This document shows, one piece after another, positions 20,239 to 29,037 of a DNA stretch of 36,412 nucleotides (within the stretch, counting starts at the first letter, position 1; each line of letters starts with the position of its first letter). A program made the translations under genes and the position numbers. Origin of the DNA: a virus. Taxonomy: Duplodnaviria > Heunggongvirae > Uroviricota > Caudoviricetes. The stretch is from the IMG/VR virus record IMGVR_UViG_3300043436_004120, positions 64,001 through 100,412 of that record; one strand, 5' to 3'. The notes below the pieces were generated by a model. It was not told where the DNA came from and did not search any database. It saw only the letters and a program-made list of their open reading frames with translations.

Positions 20239-20679
20239 TTATACAAGTTGGTAACGAACTTGTAAATTTATTTCACCAACTGCGTATGGCGCAAGAAGCC
20301 CCTCATCCGTGGTGATTGATTGAATTAGAATTTCAGTGGTTTCAAGATTTTTATCTTGATCGTAAACTAAAACTCGGTTAGCATCTACGGCGTGTTCAAC
20401 ATCTTCTAGTAACTGTTCGAGTTCTTGTTGTGAATTTTCGCCACGGCAGTATAATTTGATGGATACGTTTAAAAATCCCCAAGTAAAGTCACTGGGTAAG
20501 TACTCACGCATTTCTGATCCTGGAACCATATAAATACTAGGAAAGTCATTGACTTCATCCCAGAATTTTAGTTTGGCGTACGCATTGTTGTAAATGTTTG
20601 TGTTATAAGGAGCAGTTCCGTCTAGTAGTGTATTAAACTTAGCTGCCAGTGCTTTTGTAATAGATGTTCTACGACTCAT
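20239..20679 (-). CDS. Tail terminator protein (T5 p142-like)
   Basis: MSRRTSI..AL...KLKFWDEVNDFP...ITTDEGLLAPYAVGEI.L.VRY; synteny. Confidence 0.8.
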   Translation of the reverse strand: MSRRTSITKALAAKFNTLLDGTAPYNTNIYNNAYAKLKFWDEVNDFPSIYMVPGSEMREYLPSDFTWGFLNVSIKLYCRGENSQQELEQLLEDVEHAVDANRVLVYDQDKNLETTEILIQSITTDEGLLAPYAVGEINLQVRYQLV

Positions 20680-22262
20680 ACGTTAACGGCCCTTAAACGG
20701 TTACCTACTTGGGTTGCTGCAATTTCACGAATTGACTTGGATATTAGCAATTTAGGGTCGCGGGACCTTGGGCTGCTTTGCTTGCCACCATCGCTAAACG
20801 TTGCATATGGGTTTTTCATGTATGAGTAAAAAGCAGTTATCATACCTGCCCGGCTTTCACTCATGTACTCAACTTTGGCACTGCTTGCCAATCTACCGGT
20901 ACGATAGTTTAACAAAGTTCGGGAATTACCGTCACCCATGTTTGCGCTAACTACATCTTGTAGCTGCTGGTTGATTAAGTTTTGTAAGCTTAATAAGTTA
21001 TCTGCCTTTGCTACTGTTGGTACAATAGTTTTGGGTTTTCTAAGTTTAGGTAACTTAATTTTTTGTTTAGCAATACCAAACATAATCTGCTTAGACACAT
21101 TTGTCTTTTTAGGTTTTGACGTATCTTTAGATCCACCAGAATAAGCAGCAGGTTTTTTGCTTTCTAAAATAGAGGTTAAACTATAGGTTATGTATTCTAT
21201 TAAGTTAGGGGAACTTTTTTTGTTTACTATGTATCGTGCTAATCTTGAACCTAAAGTAGTACTAGAACTTCTAAAAGCAGTAGCTAGTCTATCTAAGACT
21301 GCTTTATTTACACCACGCTTTTCAGTTTTTTCTAGTACAGAGCCTCGTCTTGAGTTTATAAGGCTATTTTCAAATCTTACTATGTTTCCACCGGCAGATA
21401 CAAAAATCTTTACGAATCCTTCGCTGAAATCTTTATCTATAGTTAAAAATACATCGGTTTGTCTAGTGTCGTTAACAAAAGAGGTGCTCGCTAATAATGA
21501 TTGTTCGATTGCTTTTGATTTACCTGACTCAGAAGCGCTTTGTAGTACTTCGAACATGATTGCCATTAATTTAGGTGTGTTAAAATTTAATTTAACATTT
21601 CCTTCGCTGTCCTGGTAACCTGCGGCAGTATGTCCATAGTTTAAAATAGTACCAATAGACTTTAGTCCTTTAACCTCAAGTTCAGCTTGTTCTTCAGCAA
21701 TACTTAAACCAATATCAAGCGGCTTACGTAAAATATCCCCTACCCTTGCAAAGTTAGGAAATATAAATACATCCACAGAACCTAAGTTGTCTGTTAATTT
21801 ATAGGTTTTACTGAATATTCTTTTTACGCCTTGCAACACAGCGTTATTGCTTGATGCTGTTTCAACTACAGTATTTAATTGCTGCTGTAGTTGTTTGTAT
21901 GAAATTGAAGTAGCTGGAATTTGTTTTATACCTAAAGAGATTGCTTTTAATATTAGCGCGATCTCTTTATCTGAGAATTTATTTACACTATAGTCTTTTT
22001 CAGTGGGTGTATACGAAGAACTAATATAAGTTTTTAGAGCTGTATCTATGTCTTGATATAATCTTAACTCCGATTTTATATTGTCGTAATCGACAATAAG
22101 CATAGTAGGAAAATTATTATCTATAATATCTCTAAAATTTAAAGTTTTACGTTCATAAAGAGAAGTATCGGCTTTATCTACTTCGTTACCAAGAGCGTTT
22201 AGTAGTTCGTTACTTAAATTTTGAACTAGGGAAGGACTTACAAACTCTTGATATTTTGACAT
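20676..22262 (-). CDS. Tail completion/neck protein (T5 p143-like C-terminus) with long N-terminal region
   Basis: C-terminal LNYRTGRLASS...YSYMKNPYATF...RDPKLLISKSIREIA; synteny. Confidence 0.7.
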   Translation of the reverse strand: MSKYQEFVSPSLVQNLSNELLNALGNEVDKADTSLYERKTLNFRDIIDNNFPTMLIVDYDNIKSELRLYQDIDTALKTYISSSYTPTEKDYSVNKFSDKEIALILKAISLGIKQIPATSISYKQLQQQLNTVVETASSNNAVLQGVKRIFSKTYKLTDNLGSVDVFIFPNFARVGDILRKPLDIGLSIAEEQAELEVKGLKSIGTILNYGHTAAGYQDSEGNVKLNFNTPKLMAIMFEVLQSASESGKSKAIEQSLLASTSFVNDTRQTDVFLTIDKDFSEGFVKIFVSAGGNIVRFENSLINSRRGSVLEKTEKRGVNKAVLDRLATAFRSSSTTLGSRLARYIVNKKSSPNLIEYITYSLTSILESKKPAAYSGGSKDTSKPKKTNVSKQIMFGIAKQKIKLPKLRKPKTIVPTVAKADNLLSLQNLINQQLQDVVSANMGDGNSRTLLNYRTGRLASSAKVEYMSESRAGMITAFYSYMKNPYATFSDGGKQSSPRSRDPKLLISKSIREIAATQVGNRLRAVNV

Positions 22263-22828
22263 TAGGTATAATCCGATACATATAAGTCTAAGACACGTCT
22301 AATATGTGCTGGTAGACTAGTAGTAGAAATATACTCAATTTGCACGGCATTAGTGCCGGGTGCTTTTGTTGAGTGGATAGCACCATCGTTTTTGCGATAG
22401 TAGGTAACTAAATCTAACACAGCTAAACGTAGGTCTTGCGGTACTGTTTCATATCCTGCAAAGTAGCTTACACTGTATCCATTAATAAGTGGCTCAAATC
22501 CTCGTGGATTGATACTAACTATATAGTCGCCGTCTTTAACCCAATCTACAAACTCAGTTAAGTCACTGTAGTTTTGTCCGTAGTCTGTGCTTTGTTGCAC
22601 ACTTAGTACCTGTACAACAGGCGTTTCTTTTAGTATGATTGATCCGTATCCGCCAGCAAACACTTCTGTTCTGACTTCGTTGTAGTAGTCTACAAATGTA
22701 CGGCGGCAGTATGTTTTTACTAGCTCGCTTACTCGTGGAATTAAAAGATCGATTTCTGCATCTTGGTTGGTGGAGGTGATGCCAGCGTATGTTTTATATT
22801 CCGCTTTTGTGATTAAATTTGCTCCCAT
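22262..22828 (-). CDS. Head completion / head-tail adaptor (T5 p144-like)
   Basis: LITKAEYK.Y...VSELVKTYC.R.F...Y.AGY..VP.DL.LAVLDLV.YY; follows the capsid gene. Confidence 0.8.
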   Translation of the reverse strand: MGANLITKAEYKTYAGITSTNQDAEIDLLIPRVSELVKTYCRRTFVDYYNEVRTEVFAGGYGSIILKETPVVQVLSVQQSTDYGQNYSDLTEFVDWVKDGDYIVSINPRGFEPLINGYSVSYFAGYETVPQDLRLAVLDLVTYYRKNDGAIHSTKAPGTNAVQIEYISTTSLPAHIRRVLDLYVSDYT

Positions 22829-22847
22829 TTAGCATACCTTTCTTGTT

Positions 22848-22899
22848 TTATAAGTGTACCGTATACACTTATAAAACAAGACCCTTGCGGGTCTTGTTT
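22848..22899 (-). terminator. Terminator after the capsid gene, plus a second adjacent 11-bp inverted repeat
   Basis: AAACAAGACCC-TTGC-GGGTCTTGTTT (22874-22899; GCAA tetraloop on the minus strand) and TTATAAGTGTA-N5-TACACTTATAA (22848-22874). Confidence 0.75.
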
Positions 22900-22906
22900 A
22901 TGTAGA

Positions 22907-24832
22907 TTAAGCTACGAAACGTAGAGCTGAAACACCAGCACCTAGGTTAGTTGTAACTTGAGTCATGCCAGTACGTAGGCTAGCTACCATAACACGGCGT
23001 TGTGTTTCTACTAGGTCTTGTGTGTCAACACGTAGACCGCGTTGATTACCAACCAAGAAGTTACCTGGTGCAAAGCAAATTGCGCCAACTGTACCTGCGG
23101 CTTTGTCAGCAAACTCAGCACTTACTAGAACTGGAGTATTACCAACTGCACCGATTTGACCAGTTAACAGAGTGGCTTGTTGACCAACTTTGTCGACTGT
23201 TAGGAAGTTTGTGTCTTCTAGCAGGTCGTAGTAACCTTCTGTGCTTACGATGTAAACTAGTTCGGATGGGTCTAGACCCCATGCACCTAGGTCACGACGC
23301 ATAGCTTGCAGATTTGCAACTGTTAGTTTAGCAGCATCACTAATATCTAAATTAACGGCGCTTACTGCGTCGTAAGTTGCTAGACCTTTAACTGGGTCTG
23401 AACCGGAACCAGCACCACGTAGCATAGCACGGTCAACAGCGCGAGCAACACGGCGAACCATGGCGTCACGGATAACAGGCATAATTGCCAATAGTGCGTC
23501 TTCTTCTTCTTCGTAAGCAACGTATTCGTTTGTGGCAACTTTATACGCATTTAGAGTGATTTCTTTTAGCGCGTGTGTTGCGTTGCTACCAGCGGAATCA
23601 GTTGTACCGAATGCTGTGTTAGCCATCCATGTTGCAACACCAGCTTCTGGGTTCACAGGAATAGTCATCACGTTAGTTTGCATTGCAATACTACGTAGGT
23701 TAGGGGCAACAACTAAACGACGGCGAACTTCGTTTTCCATGTTTAATGAAACTTCTAGTTCCCAAGTTGCGCTTGGAACGTGAGCACCGTACTTTTGTAC
23801 CATTTCACGGCCAAACTTAGTGCCTTCTAGGCCTTTGCCAACCATCTTTGCGAGAATAACGGCCTTCTCTTTGTCAGCATAAGACATTTCACCGGCTTTG
23901 CCGTCTGTGAATTGCATACGTGACTTTTGAATGGCTTCTAATTCAGCTGCCTTTTCTTTTAGGCTAGCTTCTAGGCCTGCAACAACAGACTTAGTTTCGT
24001 CGGCTTGAGCAGCAAAACGCTTCTCAACTTCGGCTAGTAGTGCTTCAGCACCAGTTGTGCTTGGTGTTGCTAGTGCAACAGCAGCCTTGATTTTTGCATC
24101 TAGGTCAGCTTGAGTTGCAGCAGCAGCAGCTTTTTCAGCAGCAGCTTTTTCTTGTGCAGCTAGCAGAGACTTAGTGGCTTGGTCGGCAGCAGCAGTAGCA
24201 GCGTCGGCCAACATTTTTTGTAATTGTTCTGGAGTCATTTCCAATTCCTTTGTGATATCGCTTTTTGCTTCGCCGGAGGCTTCTAGCCCTTTAGCTGAGT
24301 CGCTTGGGTTAGCAAATTGCATTTTGAAACTCTTAAATTCTTCGGCTGTGTCGAACGCCTTAGAAAGACTAAATAGTGTATTTTGATTTGCTGGAACACT
24401 CACAACTGAGATTTCGTGCAGTTCCAGTTCTTTTACAACAAACAGCTCTAAGGCTGAATTATATTCCGCATCAGCGATACGGAAACCAATGCTAAAGGCG
24501 GTTAGCACGCCGTCTTTTACAAGATCATAAACATCTCCAGCCGCTTTAGAAATTCGTGCTTTAATCCACAAACCTTTTGCGTCAACGCGATGCTCAATCA
24601 TCCTGCCGATAGGTTCACTGTGATTGTGGTACGCTAAAATTACTGGATTCTTCAAGTAATTATCTACGCCCTTTTCCCACACACTGGCAGGAACAATATC
24701 ACCATGTCTATCAACGTCAGTAGTGGATGCGTAACCTTCAATTGTTACGCTCTCACCACCATCGTCTGTGGCAGGTAGACTGCTCTTTGTAAAAGAACTG
24801 TTTAAAAACAGGACTTTATTTTTATCTACCAT
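22907..24832 (-). CDS. HK97-type prohead protease fused to scaffold/major capsid protein (641 aa); internal start at 24238 would give a 443-aa capsid precursor
   Basis: Protease motifs IEGYAS..D, HNHSEPIG, FSIGF, EISVVSVPAN; then an Ala/Lys/Glu-rich coiled coil and a T5 pb8-like capsid; AAGGA lies 7 nt before the in-frame ATG at 24238. Confidence 0.9.
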   Translation of the reverse strand: MVDKNKVLFLNSSFTKSSLPATDDGGESVTIEGYASTTDVDRHGDIVPASVWEKGVDNYLKNPVILAYHNHSEPIGRMIEHRVDAKGLWIKARISKAAGDVYDLVKDGVLTAFSIGFRIADAEYNSALELFVVKELELHEISVVSVPANQNTLFSLSKAFDTAEEFKSFKMQFANPSDSAKGLEASGEAKSDITKELEMTPEQLQKMLADAATAAADQATKSLLAAQEKAAAEKAAAAATQADLDAKIKAAVALATPSTTGAEALLAEVEKRFAAQADETKSVVAGLEASLKEKAAELEAIQKSRMQFTDGKAGEMSYADKEKAVILAKMVGKGLEGTKFGREMVQKYGAHVPSATWELEVSLNMENEVRRRLVVAPNLRSIAMQTNVMTIPVNPEAGVATWMANTAFGTTDSAGSNATHALKEITLNAYKVATNEYVAYEEEEDALLAIMPVIRDAMVRRVARAVDRAMLRGAGSGSDPVKGLATYDAVSAVNLDISDAAKLTVANLQAMRRDLGAWGLDPSELVYIVSTEGYYDLLEDTNFLTVDKVGQQATLLTGQIGAVGNTPVLVSAEFADKAAGTVGAICFAPGNFLVGNQRGLRVDTQDLVETQRRVMVASLRTGMTQVTTNLGAGVSALRFVA

Positions 24833-24846
24833 AATACCCCTTTGTG

Positions 24847-26031
24847 TTATTCCTTAGCGGAGGCGGGACGTCCTCCAGTGCTAGGATTCGCGGCTGAACC
24901 TGCAATATTTGCAGGAATTCGTAAATCATCATTGCCGGTTATTGCAGCATAACGTAGTTCTGTGCGAGCTTCGTTGGGAGTAATAATACCTGCGTTTACC
25001 AATGTTGAGTGGTATTGGGCAATGTCTTTTAATTCTGGTTGTAGGGCACTAACAGAGCTGGTAATAGCTTCTACGTCGTAGCCAAAGTATCGCTCTACAG
25101 CACTAATAAACTTGCGGTTCATTGGCAGTACTGTTTCTAAGTAGAATAGTCTTAGGTTTGGCGAAATGTTTGCATTGTTGCCGCCTTGCAGCAAGATTGG
25201 CGGTACGCCAACAGCTTGCATGATTTTTTCACCATGAGTTTTAATGCTAGCATCAAAATCCATGTCTTTGAAGTTTGTTTCGGCTAGCTGATGTGGCTTT
25301 AGTCCCGAATCCAAGATAACTGGTCGCTTGCCGCCGTTTTTAACGTTGTACTTTTGCAACCAGTAAGCAATTGTTTTTTCTTTGGCAACTTGCGATAGCG
25401 TGTTGTCAGTGGTTAGTACTAGTCCAAACACAGCACCGTTGTCAAAGAAGTTTTCTTGAAACGTCTGCATTGAGTAAAGCAGTTTAACACTACGGTCGGC
25501 TGATTCCAGTCTGCTAGATCCACGATAGATACTATCTGAGCTCAGGTCTCTGAAGTAAAAAACTTCGGACTCTTTGAAGTTGATTAAACCGTTGTAACGA
25601 AACCCTTTGATAAAGGTTTTTTCGTCAGTCATGATTTCTACTTTGTCTGCTGGCAGGTGGTACATAAAAGTACCGTCAAAATGCACAAAAGCATTGCCTT
25701 CTAAAACAAAGTCTGTGAACAGTGATGCACGAAAATCTTGTGCACTCTGGTACGGATTTGGACGAAAGTTAAGCAGTGTGTTTAGTGTTTTTTGACGAAT
25801 GCCACTAACTATGCCGTCATGTACTTTGTCTTTGACGTCGTAGTCAAGAGATGCTGACGCGTTAACCAACAAGCTCACTGAGCGGTTAACTGCCTCCAGT
25901 TTCTGAAAACTTTGAAAGTAAGTAATCTTACTATCAGTACCAATTTGTGTGCCTGCGTCTTGTGCAATACGCACTTGAGCCGGATTCAGTTTTTCACGAA
26001 TCCAGCTAGATGATTTTGTTATCCAACTCAT
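24847..26031 (-). CDS. Portal protein (HK97 family, T5 pb7-like)
   Basis: LLNFRPNPYQSAQDF...LEGNAF...NGAVFGLVL...GVPPILL...AGIITPNEAR. Confidence 0.92.
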   Translation of the reverse strand: MSWITKSSSWIREKLNPAQVRIAQDAGTQIGTDSKITYFQSFQKLEAVNRSVSLLVNASASLDYDVKDKVHDGIVSGIRQKTLNTLLNFRPNPYQSAQDFRASLFTDFVLEGNAFVHFDGTFMYHLPADKVEIMTDEKTFIKGFRYNGLINFKESEVFYFRDLSSDSIYRGSSRLESADRSVKLLYSMQTFQENFFDNGAVFGLVLTTDNTLSQVAKEKTIAYWLQKYNVKNGGKRPVILDSGLKPHQLAETNFKDMDFDASIKTHGEKIMQAVGVPPILLQGGNNANISPNLRLFYLETVLPMNRKFISAVERYFGYDVEAITSSVSALQPELKDIAQYHSTLVNAGIITPNEARTELRYAAITGNDDLRIPANIAGSAANPSTGGRPASAKE

Positions 26032-26040
26032 GAGTTTCCC

Positions 26041-26472
26041 TTAAATAAACCGTGAGAAAAATGAGTTGTGTGTGCTTGTGGGAACTGCTTTATCACCATT
26101 AACGTGCTTGGATCGCTGGAGTTCGATCCAACGCTGCTGTTTAGGTTCGGAACCTACTGCTGGAGCTTTGCCATAAATTGAATGCAGCGCTACATGATGC
26201 GGATTACAAAGGGTGTAAACTTTATCATATAACTCCACATGGTGCTCAGTAATAAATTCGTCACGAACAGCTAAGATGCCTTCGTCTGTTGATATATCGT
26301 AACCTTTGCGCGCAGCCCACGTTTCTAACAATATTGTAATTGAGTGTAGGTGATGAAGTTCCAAGTCTTTGGTTGTATCGCAAACAAAGCACTGGGATTT
26401 TTTATCGTATGCCGCCTTGGCTTTGTCTCTGACCCATTTAACAGGGATACGATTGTTTGTGTTCTTGGCCAT
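26041..26472 (-). CDS. HNH-type nicking endonuclease (T5-like, between terL and portal)
   Basis: C..C....LELHH...LC..HH..LH..YG; T5 synteny. Confidence 0.8.
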   Translation of the reverse strand: MAKNTNNRIPVKWVRDKAKAAYDKKSQCFVCDTTKDLELHHLHSITILLETWAARKGYDISTDEGILAVRDEFITEHHVELYDKVYTLCNPHHVALHSIYGKAPAVGSEPKQQRWIELQRSKHVNGDKAVPTSTHNSFFSRFI

Positions 26473-26503
26473 TTTTTATTTGGACCTTTTTGAGATTACT
26501 AGT

Positions 26504-26532
26504 ATTATACAAGGTATGCAACAAAAAGTCAA
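26504..26532 (-). promoter_or_regulatory. sigma70 promoter TTGACT-N17-TATAAT for the head operon
   Basis: + strand ATTATA 26504-26509 and AGTCAA 26527-26532. Confidence 0.7.
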
Positions 26533-26567
26533 TACCAGAATTTATGTTGCAGGTAGCGTGTTTTGAC

Positions 26568-26596
26568 TTGAACACCTAGCCGAAACCGTGTATAAT
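26568..26596 (+). promoter_or_regulatory. Rightward promoter TTGAAC-N17-TATAAT (extended -10), antisense to terL
   Basis: Motif and spacing read directly from the sequence; no credible sense ORF downstream. Confidence 0.5.
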
Positions 26597-26618
26597 AGAA
26601 TATTAAGTAGAATACCGT

Positions 26619-27905
26619 TTACAGTGTGTATGTGTACAGTGCATAACGAATGGCATCGGCCATGTGTGAATACTCATCATGCTTGGGACGCTCACGTTGT
26701 AAACCTTCTTTTGTATCCCAACGATACTGGTCAAACACAGCTAGTGCATGGGTGCAGTGAGGTGCTACTTTTAGTCGGCCTTGTGCTACCAGTGTTTGCA
26801 CATAAGCAATGCCGGGTAAGACATCTTTTTTGGCTTTGGTTGAAGCCAGGTCGTAGATATAAGCCAGGTCCGATGCAAACTGTGCTGCAGCACTATCAAT
26901 AAAAATAGTTTCCACACCCCACTTGGCACACAGTTCACGAAAGCTTTCGGCGTGTTGCTGAGTGGTACACTCGTTTTTCAAATACTCATCCACAATCCAA
27001 AACACATCCAACACAGGTTCGTAGATGATAACCACAAAAGCGGTGTAGTCACGATAGCCAGGGTCGCAGCCAGCAATGGCTTCACCCAACAAGCCCTCAG
27101 GCGGTTCACAAACATCCGCAGCAGCAAGGCTATAAATCTGACCCTCAAACACTGTGAATGATGCCAAGTATTCCTGCTCAAACTCAGCTCGACTCATCGA
27201 CCGGCGTGCTTCTGCCACATCGGACTCAGCCATGCGTGAATTCTCACTATAATCAGCCTGTATACTCACCCACTCTGGAAATTCACTAGAGAAACCACGT
27301 TGGTAGAATTGACTGAACCAGTTGTTGCGACCACGTGGTGTTGATATAAAAATTGCCTTTGAATTAGGCTTGTCTAGGGTTGGTCGGAGTGCGACGTTGA
27401 ATGCGGCTTCTCCGTCTGAGCCAAGCGCTGCCTCGTCAAATATGATAAGATCGTAACTGCGACCCACACAACTATCGACAGTAGACAAACTGCCCATACG
27501 AATAGTACTTCCATTTTCTAGCTCGATTATTTTGTCTTTGAGGTTATCACGTGCAACTTCTAGGTCAAAGTGCTTGATTAAACGGCGCTGTAGCTCAAAC
27601 GAAATTCCCGATAGGTTATAGTTTGGCGACATGATTAACACATTGCAACCTGGTACCAAACTCACCAGTTGACCCACCACGTTGGCTATGTACGTTTTGC
27701 CCAATCGGCGCGCAAGCGCGGCGCAAATGAACCGGTACTTGGGGTCGTTGGCACAGTTGATTAGTGCGGTTTGGGGTCGGTTGATGGTTTCGTAGATGCC
27801 TAGTAACTTCAAGTAGTTGACGATAGGCAGCTTAATAAAACGTGTGTTGGCGGGGAACTCCACAATGTGTTCGCACTCAACATCTGGACGTGATACAACA
27901 AGCAT
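26619..27905 (-). CDS. terL: Terminase large subunit
   Basis: Walker A ARRLGKT, Walker B LIIFDEAA, FISTPRG motif, nuclease GCDPGYRD and HDEYSHMADAIRYA. Confidence 0.95.
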   Translation of the reverse strand: MLVVSRPDVECEHIVEFPANTRFIKLPIVNYLKLLGIYETINRPQTALINCANDPKYRFICAALARRLGKTYIANVVGQLVSLVPGCNVLIMSPNYNLSGISFELQRRLIKHFDLEVARDNLKDKIIELENGSTIRMGSLSTVDSCVGRSYDLIIFDEAALGSDGEAAFNVALRPTLDKPNSKAIFISTPRGRNNWFSQFYQRGFSSEFPEWVSIQADYSENSRMAESDVAEARRSMSRAEFEQEYLASFTVFEGQIYSLAAADVCEPPEGLLGEAIAGCDPGYRDYTAFVVIIYEPVLDVFWIVDEYLKNECTTQQHAESFRELCAKWGVETIFIDSAAAQFASDLAYIYDLASTKAKKDVLPGIAYVQTLVAQGRLKVAPHCTHALAVFDQYRWDTKEGLQRERPKHDEYSHMADAIRYALYTYTL

Positions 27906-28381
27906 TAAACACCATCTCCACTAATAAGTCGTGAGACCAGCTGCGAGTATTTTGACCCGTCTAGACCTTCGTTGATTTGCACGTTTACTTGCTTTGAGGG
28001 ACCGCCTGGGCCTTGCCTGAGTTTTTCAAGTTGGATTTCACGATCCAATAGGTCCATCGACATTTTATGACTAAGGTGTAACAGGTCAGCAATATCCTTA
28101 GTGCTTCCAGTTTGTGATTCATGTAATTCCTGAAATTTTTGCTTGATTAAGCTATCCATGGCTGCACGCATTTCAAACTTGTTGTTGAAGCCGGTATCCA
28201 TAAAAACGTGGTCAATATACGATTTAACCTCGCGGCGTGATAATATCTCGGTGACCAGTGTGGGGGCCAAGTCCAGTTCGTCAGCGACCCGTTTGGCGTC
28301 ACATAGTTGTAGGTAGCAGTTTGCCACTTCCAGGGCTTCTGGGGCAATTTGCAGGGTTTCTGCAGGTAGGTTTTGCGTCAT
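27905..28381 (-). CDS. terS: Terminase small subunit (T5-like, 158 aa)
   Basis: True start MTQNLPAET at 28381 with AAAGGA RBS; EALEVANCYL...YID.VF.DTGFNN...KD..DLL..SHKM; TAATG overlap with terL. Confidence 0.8.
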   Translation of the reverse strand: MTQNLPAETLQIAPEALEVANCYLQLCDAKRVADELDLAPTLVTEILSRREVKSYIDHVFMDTGFNNKFEMRAAMDSLIKQKFQELHESQTGSTKDIADLLHLSHKMSMDLLDREIQLEKLRQGPGGPSKQVNVQINEGLDGSKYSQLVSRLISGDGV

Positions 28382-28452
28382 AGTAGGTTCCTTTGGGGCA
28401 ATTATACCACGGGGGCGTGTGGTAACACAAGTGGATATTTTTGGTGGAGGTT

Positions 28453-28502
28453 GGGGCAGTTGGGTGGTTTGGGGCGATTTGGGCGGTTTAGGGTCGAACG
28501 GG
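28453..28502 (+). other. G-quadruplex-forming motif with six G3+ tracts at ~10-nt period
   Basis: GGGG-cagtt-GGG-tggttt-GGGG-cgattt-GGG-cggttta-GGG-tcgaac-GGG in the non-coding gap between divergent modules. Confidence 0.55.
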
Positions 28503-28747
28503 TTGTGGTATGGCACCGTAGTGGTTTTGGGATTTTGTTCAAATAGGCCGCGTGTGGGTGGGTGCAGCGGCATATGTGTAAACTTTAGTCTACTAACCGC
28601 CCCTAGTCCTTTTGTTTGCAAACCTACCACAGTATGAGTACTTTTGTTTCCTATCAGATTTGTGAACCAACTACTACTTAGGGTAAGCACCTAGAAAATA
28701 ATTTGCAAAAGGCTTGCACAACTAAAATTCAATGGTATAATTCATAC

Positions 28748-28945
28748 ATGACAACGAAAGACACTATGACTACCGAAACACGAATCTCTGCACTTGCATA
28801 TGCTGAAGCCCTGATTGCATACTATCGTGCACAAAATACCGAAGGTATCGACAAGGATACTTTGGTTCGCAAAGCATATAATGCGCTGTGTGATGCACAA
28901 AATATGTTGGCTTATGAGGCTGAATGTGAGGCTAAAAATGCGTGA
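28748..28945 (+). CDS. Hypothetical protein (65 aa)
   Basis: ATG 6 nt after TATAAT; alternative ATG at 28766; stop overlaps the next gene. Confidence 0.6.
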   Translation: MTTKDTMTTETRISALAYAEALIAYYRAQNTEGIDKDTLVRKAYNALCDAQNMLAYEAECEAKNA

Positions 28946-29024
28946 ATTTTTTGACATGGTGTTGGCAATGGCTTGCATTGCCTTGCCTTTTGTGATATAC
29001 TTTGCTTTTGTAATGAAACCTTGA
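28938..29024 (+). CDS. Small single-TM membrane protein (28 aa)
   Basis: GAGG RBS; MREFFDMVLAMACIALPFVIYFAFVMKP; overlaps the upstream stop. Confidence 0.55.
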   Translation: MREFFDMVLAMACIALPFVIYFAFVMKP

Positions 29025-29037
29025 AAGGAAAATTGAA

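Noticed and set aside
260-27181. Numerous + strand ORFs opposite the structural genes (e.g. 3403..3990, 17349..17912, 23002..23304, 26588..26902)
   Set aside because: Antisense shadows of long minus-strand genes, without RBS or recognisable motifs
28382-28690. 103-aa N-terminal extension of terS in the ORF track
   Set aside because: Proline-rich reading of the G-tract non-coding gap. A good AAAGGA RBS and T5-like size support the start at 28381
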